The notes beneath the pieces are model-generated. The model was not told the origin of the DNA and ran no database searches. It saw nothing but the letters and a program-made list of their open reading frames with translations. Positions 21,626 through 30,334 of a DNA stretch of 64,000 bases are shown here, in pieces. Position numbers and translations under genes: made by a program. Within the stretch, counting starts at the first letter, position 1. Each line of letters starts with the position of its first letter. Source of the DNA: Tepidanaerobacteraceae bacterium (GTDB lineage: Bacteria > Bacillota > Thermosediminibacteria > Thermosediminibacterales > Tepidanaerobacteraceae); assembly GCA_024655905.1 (NCBI GenBank), contig JANLFP010000004.1, positions 19,643 through 83,642 of the forward strand, given 5' to 3'.

Positions 21626-22183
21626 ATGGATAAAAAAATTTTCGGGGAAATAGAAGATAAGATGAAAAAAGTCCAGGGAAATTTAAAAGCCGATTTTGCC
21701 GCCATCAGGGCGGGAAGAGCATCTGCTGCTCTTTTGGATAAAATTTTTGTCGACTATTACGGTACGCTTACTCCGGTAAACCAGTTGGCTTCTGTTAGCG
21801 TTCCGGAACCCAAAATGATACTTATTCAACCTTGGGATATGAAAATGATCGGAGCTATTGAAAAAGCAATACTTAAATCCGATCTTCGTCTGACACCCAA
21901 TAATGATGGCAAAGTTATAAGACTAATCCTGCCGGAATTGACTTCAGAAAGGCGTCAGGAACTTGTAAAAATGGCCAGGAAGAAAGCCGAGGATGCGAAA
22001 GTTATAATTCGCAATATAAGGCGTGAGTATAATGAAATTTTGAAAAAGATGGAGAAAAATCATGAGATATCCGAAGATGAACACAAACGTTCACAGGAAG
22101 AAATCCAGAAACTAACTGATAAATATACGGAAGAAATTGAAAAGATGCTGGAACATAAAGAAAAAGACATAATGGAGGTATAA
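21626..22183 (+). CDS. frr: Ribosome recycling factor
   Basis: 185 aa with Frr sequence ([14 protein letters not shown]...IRNIRR). The ORF track start at 21602 is an in-frame extension overlapping pyrH. Confidence 0.95.
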   Translation: MDKKIFGEIEDKMKKVQGNLKADFAAIRAGRASAALLDKIFVDYYGTLTPVNQLASVSVPEPKMILIQPWDMKMIGAIEKAILKSDLRLTPNNDGKVIRLILPELTSERRQELVKMARKKAEDAKVIIRNIRREYNEILKKMEKNHEISEDEHKRSQEEIQKLTDKYTEEIEKMLEHKEKDIMEV

Positions 22184-22193
22184 CCATATAAAA

Positions 22194-22412
22194 TTGCAAA
22201 TGGATATTTTGGGAATTCCGCTAGAAAGAGCTGTAGCTGAGATGAAAGCACGCGGAATATCAATTGAAGACATCAAATATACAAAACCGTTTAAAAATAA
22301 TCAGGAATGTTTGAGAGAAGTAGTTGTGAGAATTGACAGCATTGACGATAAGAAAGTAAAACTCATCGTCGCTTTATTTCCGGTATTGAATTCACAGGCA
22401 AAAAACATATAG
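22194..22412 (+). CDS. Hypothetical small protein (about 70 aa) co-transcribed with pyrH-frr
   Basis: The ORF begins 10 nt after the frr stop and is followed by a strong terminator. I recognise no family. Confidence 0.45.
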   Translation: MQMDILGIPLERAVAEMKARGISIEDIKYTKPFKNNQECLREVVVRIDSIDDKKVKLIVALFPVLNSQAKNI

Positions 22413-22454
22413 TTTTTAGGTGGGCGATGTATCCTGGTTTTTACACATATTGTT

Positions 22455-22483
22455 AAAACCCCCTTTTTACGGGGGTTTTATGA
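22455..22483 (+). terminator. Intrinsic terminator
   Basis: AAAACCCCC / GGGGGTTTT stem with a 7-nt loop and a trailing T-rich run. Confidence 0.85.
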
Positions 22484-22501
22484 AATTTAAGGAGGAAAAC
22501 A

Positions 22502-23242
22502 ATGACAACGGAACCAAACATTAATATGCTGGATAGAAACAAAATTCCAAAGCATATAGCCATTATAATGGACGGCAATGGTCGATGGGCAAAAGAAAGA
22601 GGCCTTCCGAGAATAGCAGGACATTGGGCTGGAGCAAAGGTGCTGAGGAGTATAGTTGAGTTTTGTGCTGAAATAGGAATTCAGGTTTTAAGTGTTTTTG
22701 CATTTTCCACTGAAAACTGGAAAAGACCTTTAGATGAAGTAAATTTAATTTTAAATTTGCTATTGTATTATTTGAAGAAGGAAGTAAACAATCTGCACGA
22801 AAATAATATTATAATACATATAACCGGTGAATGGCAACAATTGCCCATAAATATCGCTGAGGAAATAAGCAGGGGCATTGAACTCACAAAAAGTAATACG
22901 GGTATGATTCTAAACATTGCTTTAAATTACGGCTCCCGTAAAGAAATTATTAAAGCATGCAGAGATTTGTGTATTGACGTAAAAAATGATAAAATTGGCA
23001 TAGAAGATATTGATGAAAAGCTTTTTAAAGAATATTTATTTACAAAAAATTTACCCGATCCCGATCTTTTAATTAGACCTAGCGGGGAATTAAGAATCAG
23101 CAACTTTTTACTTTGGCAGATAGCATACGCAGAATTATGGTTCACCGAAAAATACTGGCCTGACTTTAAAATAGAAGACTTGCTTAATGCTATTTTGGCT
23201 TATCAGAACAGAGAACGGAGATTTGGAGGCTTAAAAAAATAA
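22502..23242 (+). CDS. uppS: Undecaprenyl diphosphate synthase
   Basis: Conserved motifs HIAIIMDGNGRWA, FSTENWKRP and RISNFLLWQ. Confidence 0.96.
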   Translation: MTTEPNINMLDRNKIPKHIAIIMDGNGRWAKERGLPRIAGHWAGAKVLRSIVEFCAEIGIQVLSVFAFSTENWKRPLDEVNLILNLLLYYLKKEVNNLHENNIIIHITGEWQQLPINIAEEISRGIELTKSNTGMILNIALNYGSRKEIIKACRDLCIDVKNDKIGIEDIDEKLFKEYLFTKNLPDPDLLIRPSGELRISNFLLWQIAYAELWFTEKYWPDFKIEDLLNAILAYQNRERRFGGLKK

Positions 23243-23255
23243 AGCAGGTGACATT

Positions 23256-24068
23256 ATGCTTCAAAGAATCATTAGCGCAGTGGTCGGTATTATATTATTG
23301 GGTTTTATAATAAATATTGGGAGCTGGTTGTTTTTTTTAACAATATTATTTTTAAATATATGTGCAATACATGAACTTAAAAACTGCTTTAAAAGAATTA
23401 ATATACATATAAATACCTTATATTTATCTTTTTTTACCACAATGCTTCTTTTTTCTGCAAAATATTCAACAAGATTAAATTTAATGATTATTCTTTTAAA
23501 TATCTTTTTATTATTAATATCAATATTTTTTTATAGTATAATTGATGATAAAAAAAATCATATTGCTGACATAGTTTTTAGTATTTTTTCCTACGTCTAC
23601 ACTTCTATGCTTTTTATGCATTTTATTTTAATTAGAAATCTGTCTGGTGGGGCGTATTTTATGTGGTGGATATTTATTACCACTTGGGCTTGTGATACCG
23701 GAGCGTTTTTTGCGGGTATTTTATGGGGCAAAAATAAGTTGGCGCCCAACATTAGCCCTCACAAAACTATCGAAGGCAGCATAGGAGGAATTTTATTCAG
23801 CATAGCCGCAAGTATTATTTATACCAGGTGGATACTGCCTGAAATAATGTTTTTTGATTCGTTGGCAGTAGGGTTTTTAATAGGTGTTTTTTCACAGATG
23901 GGCGATCTTTCCGCTTCTTTGATAAAGCGTTATTGCAATATTAAAGATTTCTCGAAAATAATTCCGGGTCATGGAGGAATTCTAGATAGATTTGACAGCG
24001 CACTTTTTTCTTTTCCGGCAGCATATTACTATATAACTTTATTTATTCAAAAGGGTGGTCTTTTGTGA
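23256..24068 (+). CDS. cdsA: Phosphatidate cytidylyltransferase
   Basis: Polytopic membrane protein with the CdsA C-terminal signature (SLIKRYCNIKDFSKIIPGHGGILDRFDS). Confidence 0.92.
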   Translation: MLQRIISAVVGIILLGFIINIGSWLFFLTILFLNICAIHELKNCFKRINIHINTLYLSFFTTMLLFSAKYSTRLNLMIILLNIFLLLISIFFYSIIDDKKNHIADIVFSIFSYVYTSMLFMHFILIRNLSGGAYFMWWIFITTWACDTGAFFAGILWGKNKLAPNISPHKTIEGSIGGILFSIAASIIYTRWILPEIMFFDSLAVGFLIGVFSQMGDLSASLIKRYCNIKDFSKIIPGHGGILDRFDSALFSFPAAYYYITLFIQKGGLL

Positions 24069-25135
24069 TATTGAATAATGTTAACAGGCCTTTATTACTT
24101 TTTATTATAGTAGTCGCAATGGTAACGGTTTTTATTGCAATAGCTTTAAAATTTCTATTGCCTATTATCATAGGAATGCTTATAGCTTTTTCGATTGAAC
24201 CAGTGGTTAGCTTCGTCGAAAAAAAGTCGAAAATGGATAGAGGATTAATAGTAGGAATTGTTTTAACTGCCATATTTTGTTTTTTTGGTTATATTTTTGC
24301 ATTGCTGATTTCACGTTTGACATTTGAATTGGGAAAGCTGATAAGCACCCTTCCGAATTACTATTATTATTACGATTTAGTATTCAATAAAATCTCTGCA
24401 TATCTTGAATATTTTTCCACAAAAATTCCTGAAGAAATATTGAAGTACGCAGAAAAAAACTTAAATCAAATATTATCGACAATGACGGGGTTATTATCAA
24501 ATTTTTACAGCTTTTTAATGGGTAAAATCACCATGGTTCCAAATATTTTTGTAAACATGTTTATATTTATTATATTTGTTTTTCTATTCAGTTACTTTTT
24601 TTCTAAGGAAAAAAAACATGTGTTGAAGTTTTTAATGAAAATACTGCCTGATACTCTGCAGGATAAAATAAAGAAGGTTCAAATCGAACTTTTAATTTCC
24701 TTTATTAATATGGTAAAAGCACAAATAATTCTGGTAATAATATCCACAACAATTACCATCATTGGATTTTATATACTTAAAGTGGATTATGCACTTACGT
24801 TGGGTTTAATTTGCGGGCTGCTCGATATATTACCGCTTTTCGGCCCAAGTTTGATTTTTTTGCCATGGATTATATTTTCTGCAATTATGGGGAATATAAG
24901 TTTTGCTGCAGGTTTATTGATGCTTTATATAATTATGATAGGAAGCAGACAGATTTTTCAAGCCAAGATTATAGGACAGAACCTTGGGATAGACCCGTTA
25001 TTGACACTGATTTCTATATATCTCGGAATCGTAATTTTTGGATTTATAGGATTGTTTGTCGGACCTTTGGTAGTAGTAATCATGAGGGCTTTGATGCATT
25101 CGGGAATTATTCCCCCTCTATCCAATAAAAAATAG
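24065..25135 (+). CDS. AI-2E family permease, YtvI-like (sporulation integral membrane protein family)
   Basis: 356 aa, polytopic, with the AI-2E C-terminal block (LDILPLFGPSLIFLPW). It has a GTG start 6 nt after AAGGGTGG. This is the second AI-2E paralog in the window. Confidence 0.8.
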   Translation: MILNNVNRPLLLFIIVVAMVTVFIAIALKFLLPIIIGMLIAFSIEPVVSFVEKKSKMDRGLIVGIVLTAIFCFFGYIFALLISRLTFELGKLISTLPNYYYYYDLVFNKISAYLEYFSTKIPEEILKYAEKNLNQILSTMTGLLSNFYSFLMGKITMVPNIFVNMFIFIIFVFLFSYFFSKEKKHVLKFLMKILPDTLQDKIKKVQIELLISFINMVKAQIILVIISTTITIIGFYILKVDYALTLGLICGLLDILPLFGPSLIFLPWIIFSAIMGNISFAAGLLMLYIIMIGSRQIFQAKIIGQNLGIDPLLTLISIYLGIVIFGFIGLFVGPLVVVIMRALMHSGIIPPLSNKK

Positions 25136-25145
25136 TTTTTGGAAG

Positions 25146-26159
25146 GTGAAACATTTGTATACTTTTTTAGCTTCTTTAATAGTCTTCGGAATGCTGATTT
25201 TTTTCCATGAATTGGGTCATTTTATTGTAGCGAAACTGTCTGATATAAAAGTTAGGGAATTCAGTTTGGGATTTGGTCCGCAAATATTCAGAGTCAAACC
25301 GGGTGAAACAGAATATTCCATAAGGGCGCTTCCTCTCGGAGGTTTTGTAAAAATGGAGGGAGAGGATGCCAAGACCACTGATCCCAGAGCTTTTAATAAT
25401 AAGCCTGTGTCAAACCGTCTCGGAGTAATATTTGCAGGTCCTGCAATGAATTTTGTGCTGGCAATATTGTTGATTGCCGTAATTTGTTTTTTTGCCGGGG
25501 TTGCAACAACCAGAATTACGGTTATACCCGGGGGGCCGGCTGATAAGGCCGGGATTAAAAACAATGATGTGGTCTATTCCATAGATGGACAAAAAATTAA
25601 AACATGGGATGAAGTGGTGAATGTTATAAGTCAAAAACCAAATCAAAATATCAGTATAATCGTATTGAGAAATGGCAAACCTGTGAGCTTTAATTTTAAA
25701 ACGCAAATAGATGCGGCTTCTCGGCGTGGAATTATAGGAATAAAATCAAATATAGTCAAATATTCCCTGCCTGAAAGCATACGAACAGGAATTGAAAGGA
25801 CTTTTTGGATATCCAAAATGATACTTGAAGGGCTTTTTCAAATAATCAGGGGAAAAACCAGGGCAGATGTAGTAGGGCCCATAGGTATAGTGCACATGGT
25901 GGGGGAAGCTGCAAAAGTTGGCATATTCAATTTAATATATCTTTCGGCAGTTATAAGCATCAATCTTGGCTTGTTCAACTTGTTTCCAATTCCTGCTCTC
26001 GATGGAAGCCGGATACTTTTTCTTGTAATTGAGCTATTAAGAGGAAGGCCAATGGAGCCTGAAAAAGAAGGATTGATTCATTTTATTGGTTTTACTTTGT
26101 TAATGATACTTATGATATTGATTGCCTATAAAGACATTATGCGTTTCATTATACTTTAA
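25146..26159 (+). CDS. rseP: Site-2 intramembrane zinc metalloprotease RseP/RasP
   Basis: Carries the HELGH motif in TM1, a PDZ domain and the NLFPIPALDG motif. The start could instead be the TTG at 25155. Confidence 0.92.
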   Translation: MKHLYTFLASLIVFGMLIFFHELGHFIVAKLSDIKVREFSLGFGPQIFRVKPGETEYSIRALPLGGFVKMEGEDAKTTDPRAFNNKPVSNRLGVIFAGPAMNFVLAILLIAVICFFAGVATTRITVIPGGPADKAGIKNNDVVYSIDGQKIKTWDEVVNVISQKPNQNISIIVLRNGKPVSFNFKTQIDAASRRGIIGIKSNIVKYSLPESIRTGIERTFWISKMILEGLFQIIRGKTRADVVGPIGIVHMVGEAAKVGIFNLIYLSAVISINLGLFNLFPIPALDGSRILFLVIELLRGRPMEPEKEGLIHFIGFTLLMILMILIAYKDIMRFIIL

Positions 26160-26173
26160 AAAGGAGAGGAACC

Positions 26174-27262
26174 ATGCAACACACTATTGATTCCATTTTG
26201 AGGAGAAAAACAAAAAAAGTGATGCTGCGGAATGTGGGAATAGGAGGAGATGCTCCCATAACCGTGCAGTCCATGACTAATACCAAAACGTACGATGTAA
26301 AGTCTACAGTAAATCAGATATTTCAGCTGGAAGAAGCCGGATGCGAAATCATAAGGGTTGCAGTACCTGATATGGAAAGTGCTCTCGCAATTGCAGATAT
26401 AAAAAAGCAGATTCACATTCCTTTAGTGGCGGATATTCATTTTGATTACAGGCTCGCACTTGAAGCTTTGAAACAGGGGGCCGACGGTCTTAGAATAAAC
26501 CCTGGAAATATCGGGCCTAAAGAAAGAATTAAAAAAGTTGTGGATTCGGCCAGGGAAAGGAATGTGCCTATACGGATAGGGGTAAATTCCGGTTCTTTGG
26601 AAAAAGATTTGCTTTTAAAATATAAAAAACCCGTGCCCGAAGCTCTGGTTGAGAGCGCTCTCCGGCATGTGGAAATTCTTGAAAGCATGAATTTTTACGA
26701 TATAGTGATTTCATTGAAATCATCCGATGTAATTACTACAGTGAATTCCTACATGTTGCTTGCTGAAAAGGTCGATTATCCTTTTCATCTCGGCATAACT
26801 GAAGCTGGCACCGCATTTTCCGGGACTATTAAATCTTCCATGGGTTTGGGCATTCTACTGTACTATGGGATAGGAGATACATTAAGAGTTTCCCTTACAG
26901 GGGATCCAGTGGATGAAGTTAGAATTGGCTTTGAAATCCTTAAAAACCTGAAGTTGAGAGAAAATGGGATTGACCTTATTTCCTGCCCCACTTGTGGCCG
27001 CTGTGAAATAGATTTAATTAAAATTGCACGCGATATCGAAGACAGATTGAAAAATATAAAAAAACCTTTAAAGATAGCCGTCATGGGTTGTGCCGTAAAC
27101 GGCCCTGGGGAAGCGAGGGAAGCCGATATAGGCATAGCCGGAGGAAGAAAAAGAGTTGTTATTTTTAAGAAGGGAGAAATAATAAAATCTGTATCCGAGG
27201 AAAGTGCAGTGACAGAATTGATGGAGGAAATACATAAGTTAATTGAAGAAAGCTCGGTTTGA
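26174..27262 (+). CDS. ispG: HMBPP synthase IspG (GcpE), MEP pathway
   Basis: Conserved motifs VQSMTNT, RINPGNIG and the Cys ligands CPTCGRC...GCAVNGPGE. Confidence 0.96.
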   Translation: MQHTIDSILRRKTKKVMLRNVGIGGDAPITVQSMTNTKTYDVKSTVNQIFQLEEAGCEIIRVAVPDMESALAIADIKKQIHIPLVADIHFDYRLALEALKQGADGLRINPGNIGPKERIKKVVDSARERNVPIRIGVNSGSLEKDLLLKYKKPVPEALVESALRHVEILESMNFYDIVISLKSSDVITTVNSYMLLAEKVDYPFHLGITEAGTAFSGTIKSSMGLGILLYYGIGDTLRVSLTGDPVDEVRIGFEILKNLKLRENGIDLISCPTCGRCEIDLIKIARDIEDRLKNIKKPLKIAVMGCAVNGPGEAREADIGIAGGRKRVVIFKKGEIIKSVSEESAVTELMEEIHKLIEESSV

Positions 27263-27299
27263 CAAAACCGTATTATTCTGGTAAAATATGCGTAAATTT

Positions 27300-27513
27300 T
27301 AATAAATCGAAAGGATATTGATGGGGAATAGTAAAAAGCCGTTTTGATTGTAAAGAGAGCAGTTCTCATGGGCTGAAAAGGCTGCCGTCAAAAGCTTTTG
27401 AACCCGACTCCGGAATCTGCAGCAATGCCGGTTGAACCGTTATCCGCAAAGAGTATTTCACCAAGTAGGGTGGTACCGCGAAACCTTCGCCCCTTCAACG
27501 CGAGGGTTTTTTT
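27300..27513 (+). promoter_or_regulatory. T-box leader (tRNA-Pro-sensing transcription attenuator) for proS
   Basis: Stem I elements are present (GA/K-turn-like TGATGG...AGTA, AGAGAG, GGCTGAAAAGGC). A candidate specifier GAA-CCC/CCG lies at 27403-27406. The T-box sequence is AGGGTGGTACCGCG (27467-27480). A terminator (CCTTCGC / GCGAGGG plus TTTTTTT) lies at 27481-27513. Confidence 0.85.
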
Positions 27514-27549
27514 GATATTTTAATATTTTGTTATGAAAGGAGCAGTATA

Positions 27550-28986
27550 ATGGAAAACGAATATGTAAAAGAAATAACTTCGAAATCTAACGACTTTTCA
27601 CAGTGGTATGTAGATGTTATTTTGAAAGGGGAACTGGCAGACTATTCTCCGGTAAGAGGATGCATGGTAATTAGACCTTATGGTTACGCCGTATGGGAGA
27701 ATATGCAAAAACTTCTTGACGCGCGCTTTAAAGCTACAGGTCATAAAAACGCTTATTTTCCCCTGTTCATTCCTGAGTCGCTGCTTAAAAAAGAAGCGGA
27801 ACATGTAGAAGGTTTCGCGCCCGAAGTTGCATGGGTAACCCATGGAGGCCAAGAAGAACTGGCCGAGCGCATTGCCGTAAGGCCAACATCAGAAACCATA
27901 ATCTGCAGCATGTATTCAAAATGGATTAAATCGTGGAGAGACTTACCCGTCCTCATTAACCAATGGTGCAATGTTGTGCGCTGGGAAAAAAGCACAAGAC
28001 CTTTTTTAAGAACTGCAGAGTTCCTGTGGCAGGAAGGTCATACTGCTCATCGAACCGAAGAAGATGCAGAAGAGGAAACCCTTAGAATGCTGGAAGTATA
28101 CAGGGATTTTGTGGAAACGGATTTGTCTCTCCCTGTAATAAAAGGCCAAAAGTCAGAAAATGAAAAATTTGCCGGAGCTTTGCGAACATATACTATAGAA
28201 GCTATGATGAGCGACGGCAAAGCTTTACAGGCCGGGACATCACATAATTTGGGGCAACATTTTTCAAAAGTGTTTAACATAACTTTCCTCGATAGAGATG
28301 GGCAGCTTAAGAATGTATGGCAGACATCGTGGGGGGTATCCACACGTTTGATAGGCGCCATAATAATGACTCACGGCGATGACAGGGGGTTAAAGTTGCC
28401 GCCCAAAATTGCGCCTGTACAGGTCATCATCGTACCGATTTCAGGCAAAAATAAAGAAATGGTGCAAAGCAAAGCAGATGAAATTTTCGAACGATTGAGA
28501 TGCGATTTCAGGGTGGAGATGGATGACAGAGACGAATACACGCCCGGATGGAAATTTAATGAATGGGAGATGAAGGGAGTCCCTTTGCGCCTTGAAGTGG
28601 GACCAAAAGACGTGGAAAAGCATCAGGTTGTTTTGGTTAGAAGGGATACTGGCGAGAAGATAAGCGTTGATGAAGCGGAAATGAATGTAAAAATAAAGTT
28701 GTTGCTTGATGAAATTCAAAACAACATGTTCAAGCAGGCAAAAGAATTCAGAGATAGTAATATCAGTGAAGTAGACAATTTTGAAGAGTTTAAAAAGATA
28801 ATTGAGGAGAAAAAAGGATTCATTAAAACTCATTGGTGCGAAAATGAAGCATGTGAAAAACATATTAAAGAACAGACGGGGGCTACTCTTCGCTGCATAC
28901 CTTTTGAACAAGATAATGTTCCTGGAAACTGTGTAGTTTGCGGCAAAAAATCAAATAAAGTGGTTTATTTTGCAAAATCATATTAG
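27550..28986 (+). CDS. proS: Prolyl-tRNA synthetase, archaeal/eukaryote-like short type (no INS editing domain)
   Basis: 478 aa with class II motifs, a C-terminal Zn-binding-type domain (HWCENEACEKH...CVVCGKK) and a terminal Tyr. Confidence 0.95.
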   Translation: MENEYVKEITSKSNDFSQWYVDVILKGELADYSPVRGCMVIRPYGYAVWENMQKLLDARFKATGHKNAYFPLFIPESLLKKEAEHVEGFAPEVAWVTHGGQEELAERIAVRPTSETIICSMYSKWIKSWRDLPVLINQWCNVVRWEKSTRPFLRTAEFLWQEGHTAHRTEEDAEEETLRMLEVYRDFVETDLSLPVIKGQKSENEKFAGALRTYTIEAMMSDGKALQAGTSHNLGQHFSKVFNITFLDRDGQLKNVWQTSWGVSTRLIGAIIMTHGDDRGLKLPPKIAPVQVIIVPISGKNKEMVQSKADEIFERLRCDFRVEMDDRDEYTPGWKFNEWEMKGVPLRLEVGPKDVEKHQVVLVRRDTGEKISVDEAEMNVKIKLLLDEIQNNMFKQAKEFRDSNISEVDNFEEFKKIIEEKKGFIKTHWCENEACEKHIKEQTGATLRCIPFEQDNVPGNCVVCGKKSNKVVYFAKSY

Positions 28987-29002
28987 GAATGGAGTTGTAA
29001 TT

Positions 29003-29662
29003 ATGTCGGTATCCGCCATTGTACCGGCTTATAACGAGGGTAAGACAATAGGCCGTGTTTTGAAAATTTTGATGAACGTAAAATATATTGATGAAGTAAT
29101 AGTAGTAAACGACGGGTCTTGCGATGAAACTGCACCAATTGCACGGGATTATAATGCAAGAGTTATCGATCTGCCCCAAAATAGGGGCAAGAGCGAGGCG
29201 GTGCTTATAGGCGTTCAAAATACCGATGCCGAAATAATTTTGATGCTGGATGCCGATCTTGTTGGTTTGAAAGAAACCCATGTTCAATCGCTATTAAAAC
29301 CTGTTCTATCCGGGGAAACCGATATGACCATAGGCATATTTAAAAATGGCAGGGGAGCTACCGATTTAGCACAGAGGATAGCCCCCTTCCTTTCTGGCCA
29401 AAGAGCTTTAAAAAGGGAAATCTTTAAAAAACTTGAAAAGTATCCGGCAAAGAAATATGGGCTTGAAATTGCTCTCACTTTGATGGCTGACAGGGAAAAT
29501 GTTAGGGTCAAGCAAGTGGAATTAACCGATTTGACCCATGTGATGAAGGAAGAAAAAAGAGGCTTTTTGCCCGGGCTTTTGTCCCGCCTGAAAATGTATT
29601 GGGATATAATGTTATGCATTGTGAAATTCCGACTAGAGGTGTTAAAGAATGCCCTTGGATAA
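29003..29662 (+). CDS. Glycosyltransferase family 2 (short, soluble GT-A)
   Basis: N-terminal AIVPAYNEG plus the DxD-type LDAD motif. About 219 aa. The ORF track start at 28970 overlaps proS. Confidence 0.8.
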   Translation: MSVSAIVPAYNEGKTIGRVLKILMNVKYIDEVIVVNDGSCDETAPIARDYNARVIDLPQNRGKSEAVLIGVQNTDAEIILMLDADLVGLKETHVQSLLKPVLSGETDMTIGIFKNGRGATDLAQRIAPFLSGQRALKREIFKKLEKYPAKKYGLEIALTLMADRENVRVKQVELTDLTHVMKEEKRGFLPGLLSRLKMYWDIMLCIVKFRLEVLKNALG

Positions 29663-30317
29663 AATGGAATTGGCTATAAGGCTAATCCTTTCCATAATTT
29701 TCGGGGGTGTAATCGGAATAGAGAGGGAAAGCGTAAACAGGCCGGCCGGTTTCAGGACTCATATACTGGTGTGTGTCGGATCTACTTTAACCATGCTAGT
29801 ATCCATCTATATTTTCGAACAATACAGTTCCCGCGTCTCTGTAGATCCAGGCCGCATAGCAGCGCAAGTAGTAAGCGGCATAGGTTTTTTGGGGGCAGGT
29901 ACCATTATAAGGGAAGGCACCACTGTAAGAGGTCTGACAACTGCAGCAAGCTTGTGGACCGTTGCTGCCATTGGGCTGGCCGTAGGAAGCGGTTTTTATC
30001 TTGCTGCTTTTCTTACTACTGTTTTAACTTTTTTAACTTTGATTTTATTTTCCAGAATAGAAAATCATATCATTCAAAAAAGGTTTTTGGAGAGTATTTT
30101 CGTTGTAATCGATGATAAGCCCGGTCAAATAGGCAAAATCGGATCTCTTCTCGGGGAACTCAATGTTAATATAAGAAATATAAAAATGAATATCCTGGAT
30201 GATGGGAAAATATCTATTGTGCTCAGTATAAGGGTGCCGGCGGGTTTAAAATTAAACGATATAATGACCAAACTCGTGCAAATTGATGGAGTTTATAATG
30301 TCGAAAAACAACTTTGA
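29649..30317 (+). CDS. mgtC: MgtC/SapB family membrane protein with C-terminal ACT-like domain
   Basis: MgtC N-terminal signature (LILSIIFGGVIGIERE...GFRTH) and 4-5 TM segments. It overlaps the GT2 gene end by 14 nt. Confidence 0.85.
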   Translation: MPLDKMELAIRLILSIIFGGVIGIERESVNRPAGFRTHILVCVGSTLTMLVSIYIFEQYSSRVSVDPGRIAAQVVSGIGFLGAGTIIREGTTVRGLTTAASLWTVAAIGLAVGSGFYLAAFLTTVLTFLTLILFSRIENHIIQKRFLESIFVVIDDKPGQIGKIGSLLGELNVNIRNIKMNILDDGKISIVLSIRVPAGLKLNDIMTKLVQIDGVYNVEKQL

Positions 30318-30334
30318 TTTTTGAGAGGGAAAAT

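Noticed and set aside
27100-27135. A GCCGATAT-like sequence inside ispG that resembles a sigma-D (sigma-28) -10 element.
   Set aside because: It is located inside a coding region and has no TAAA -35 element at the required spacing of about 15 nt. I consider it a chance match.
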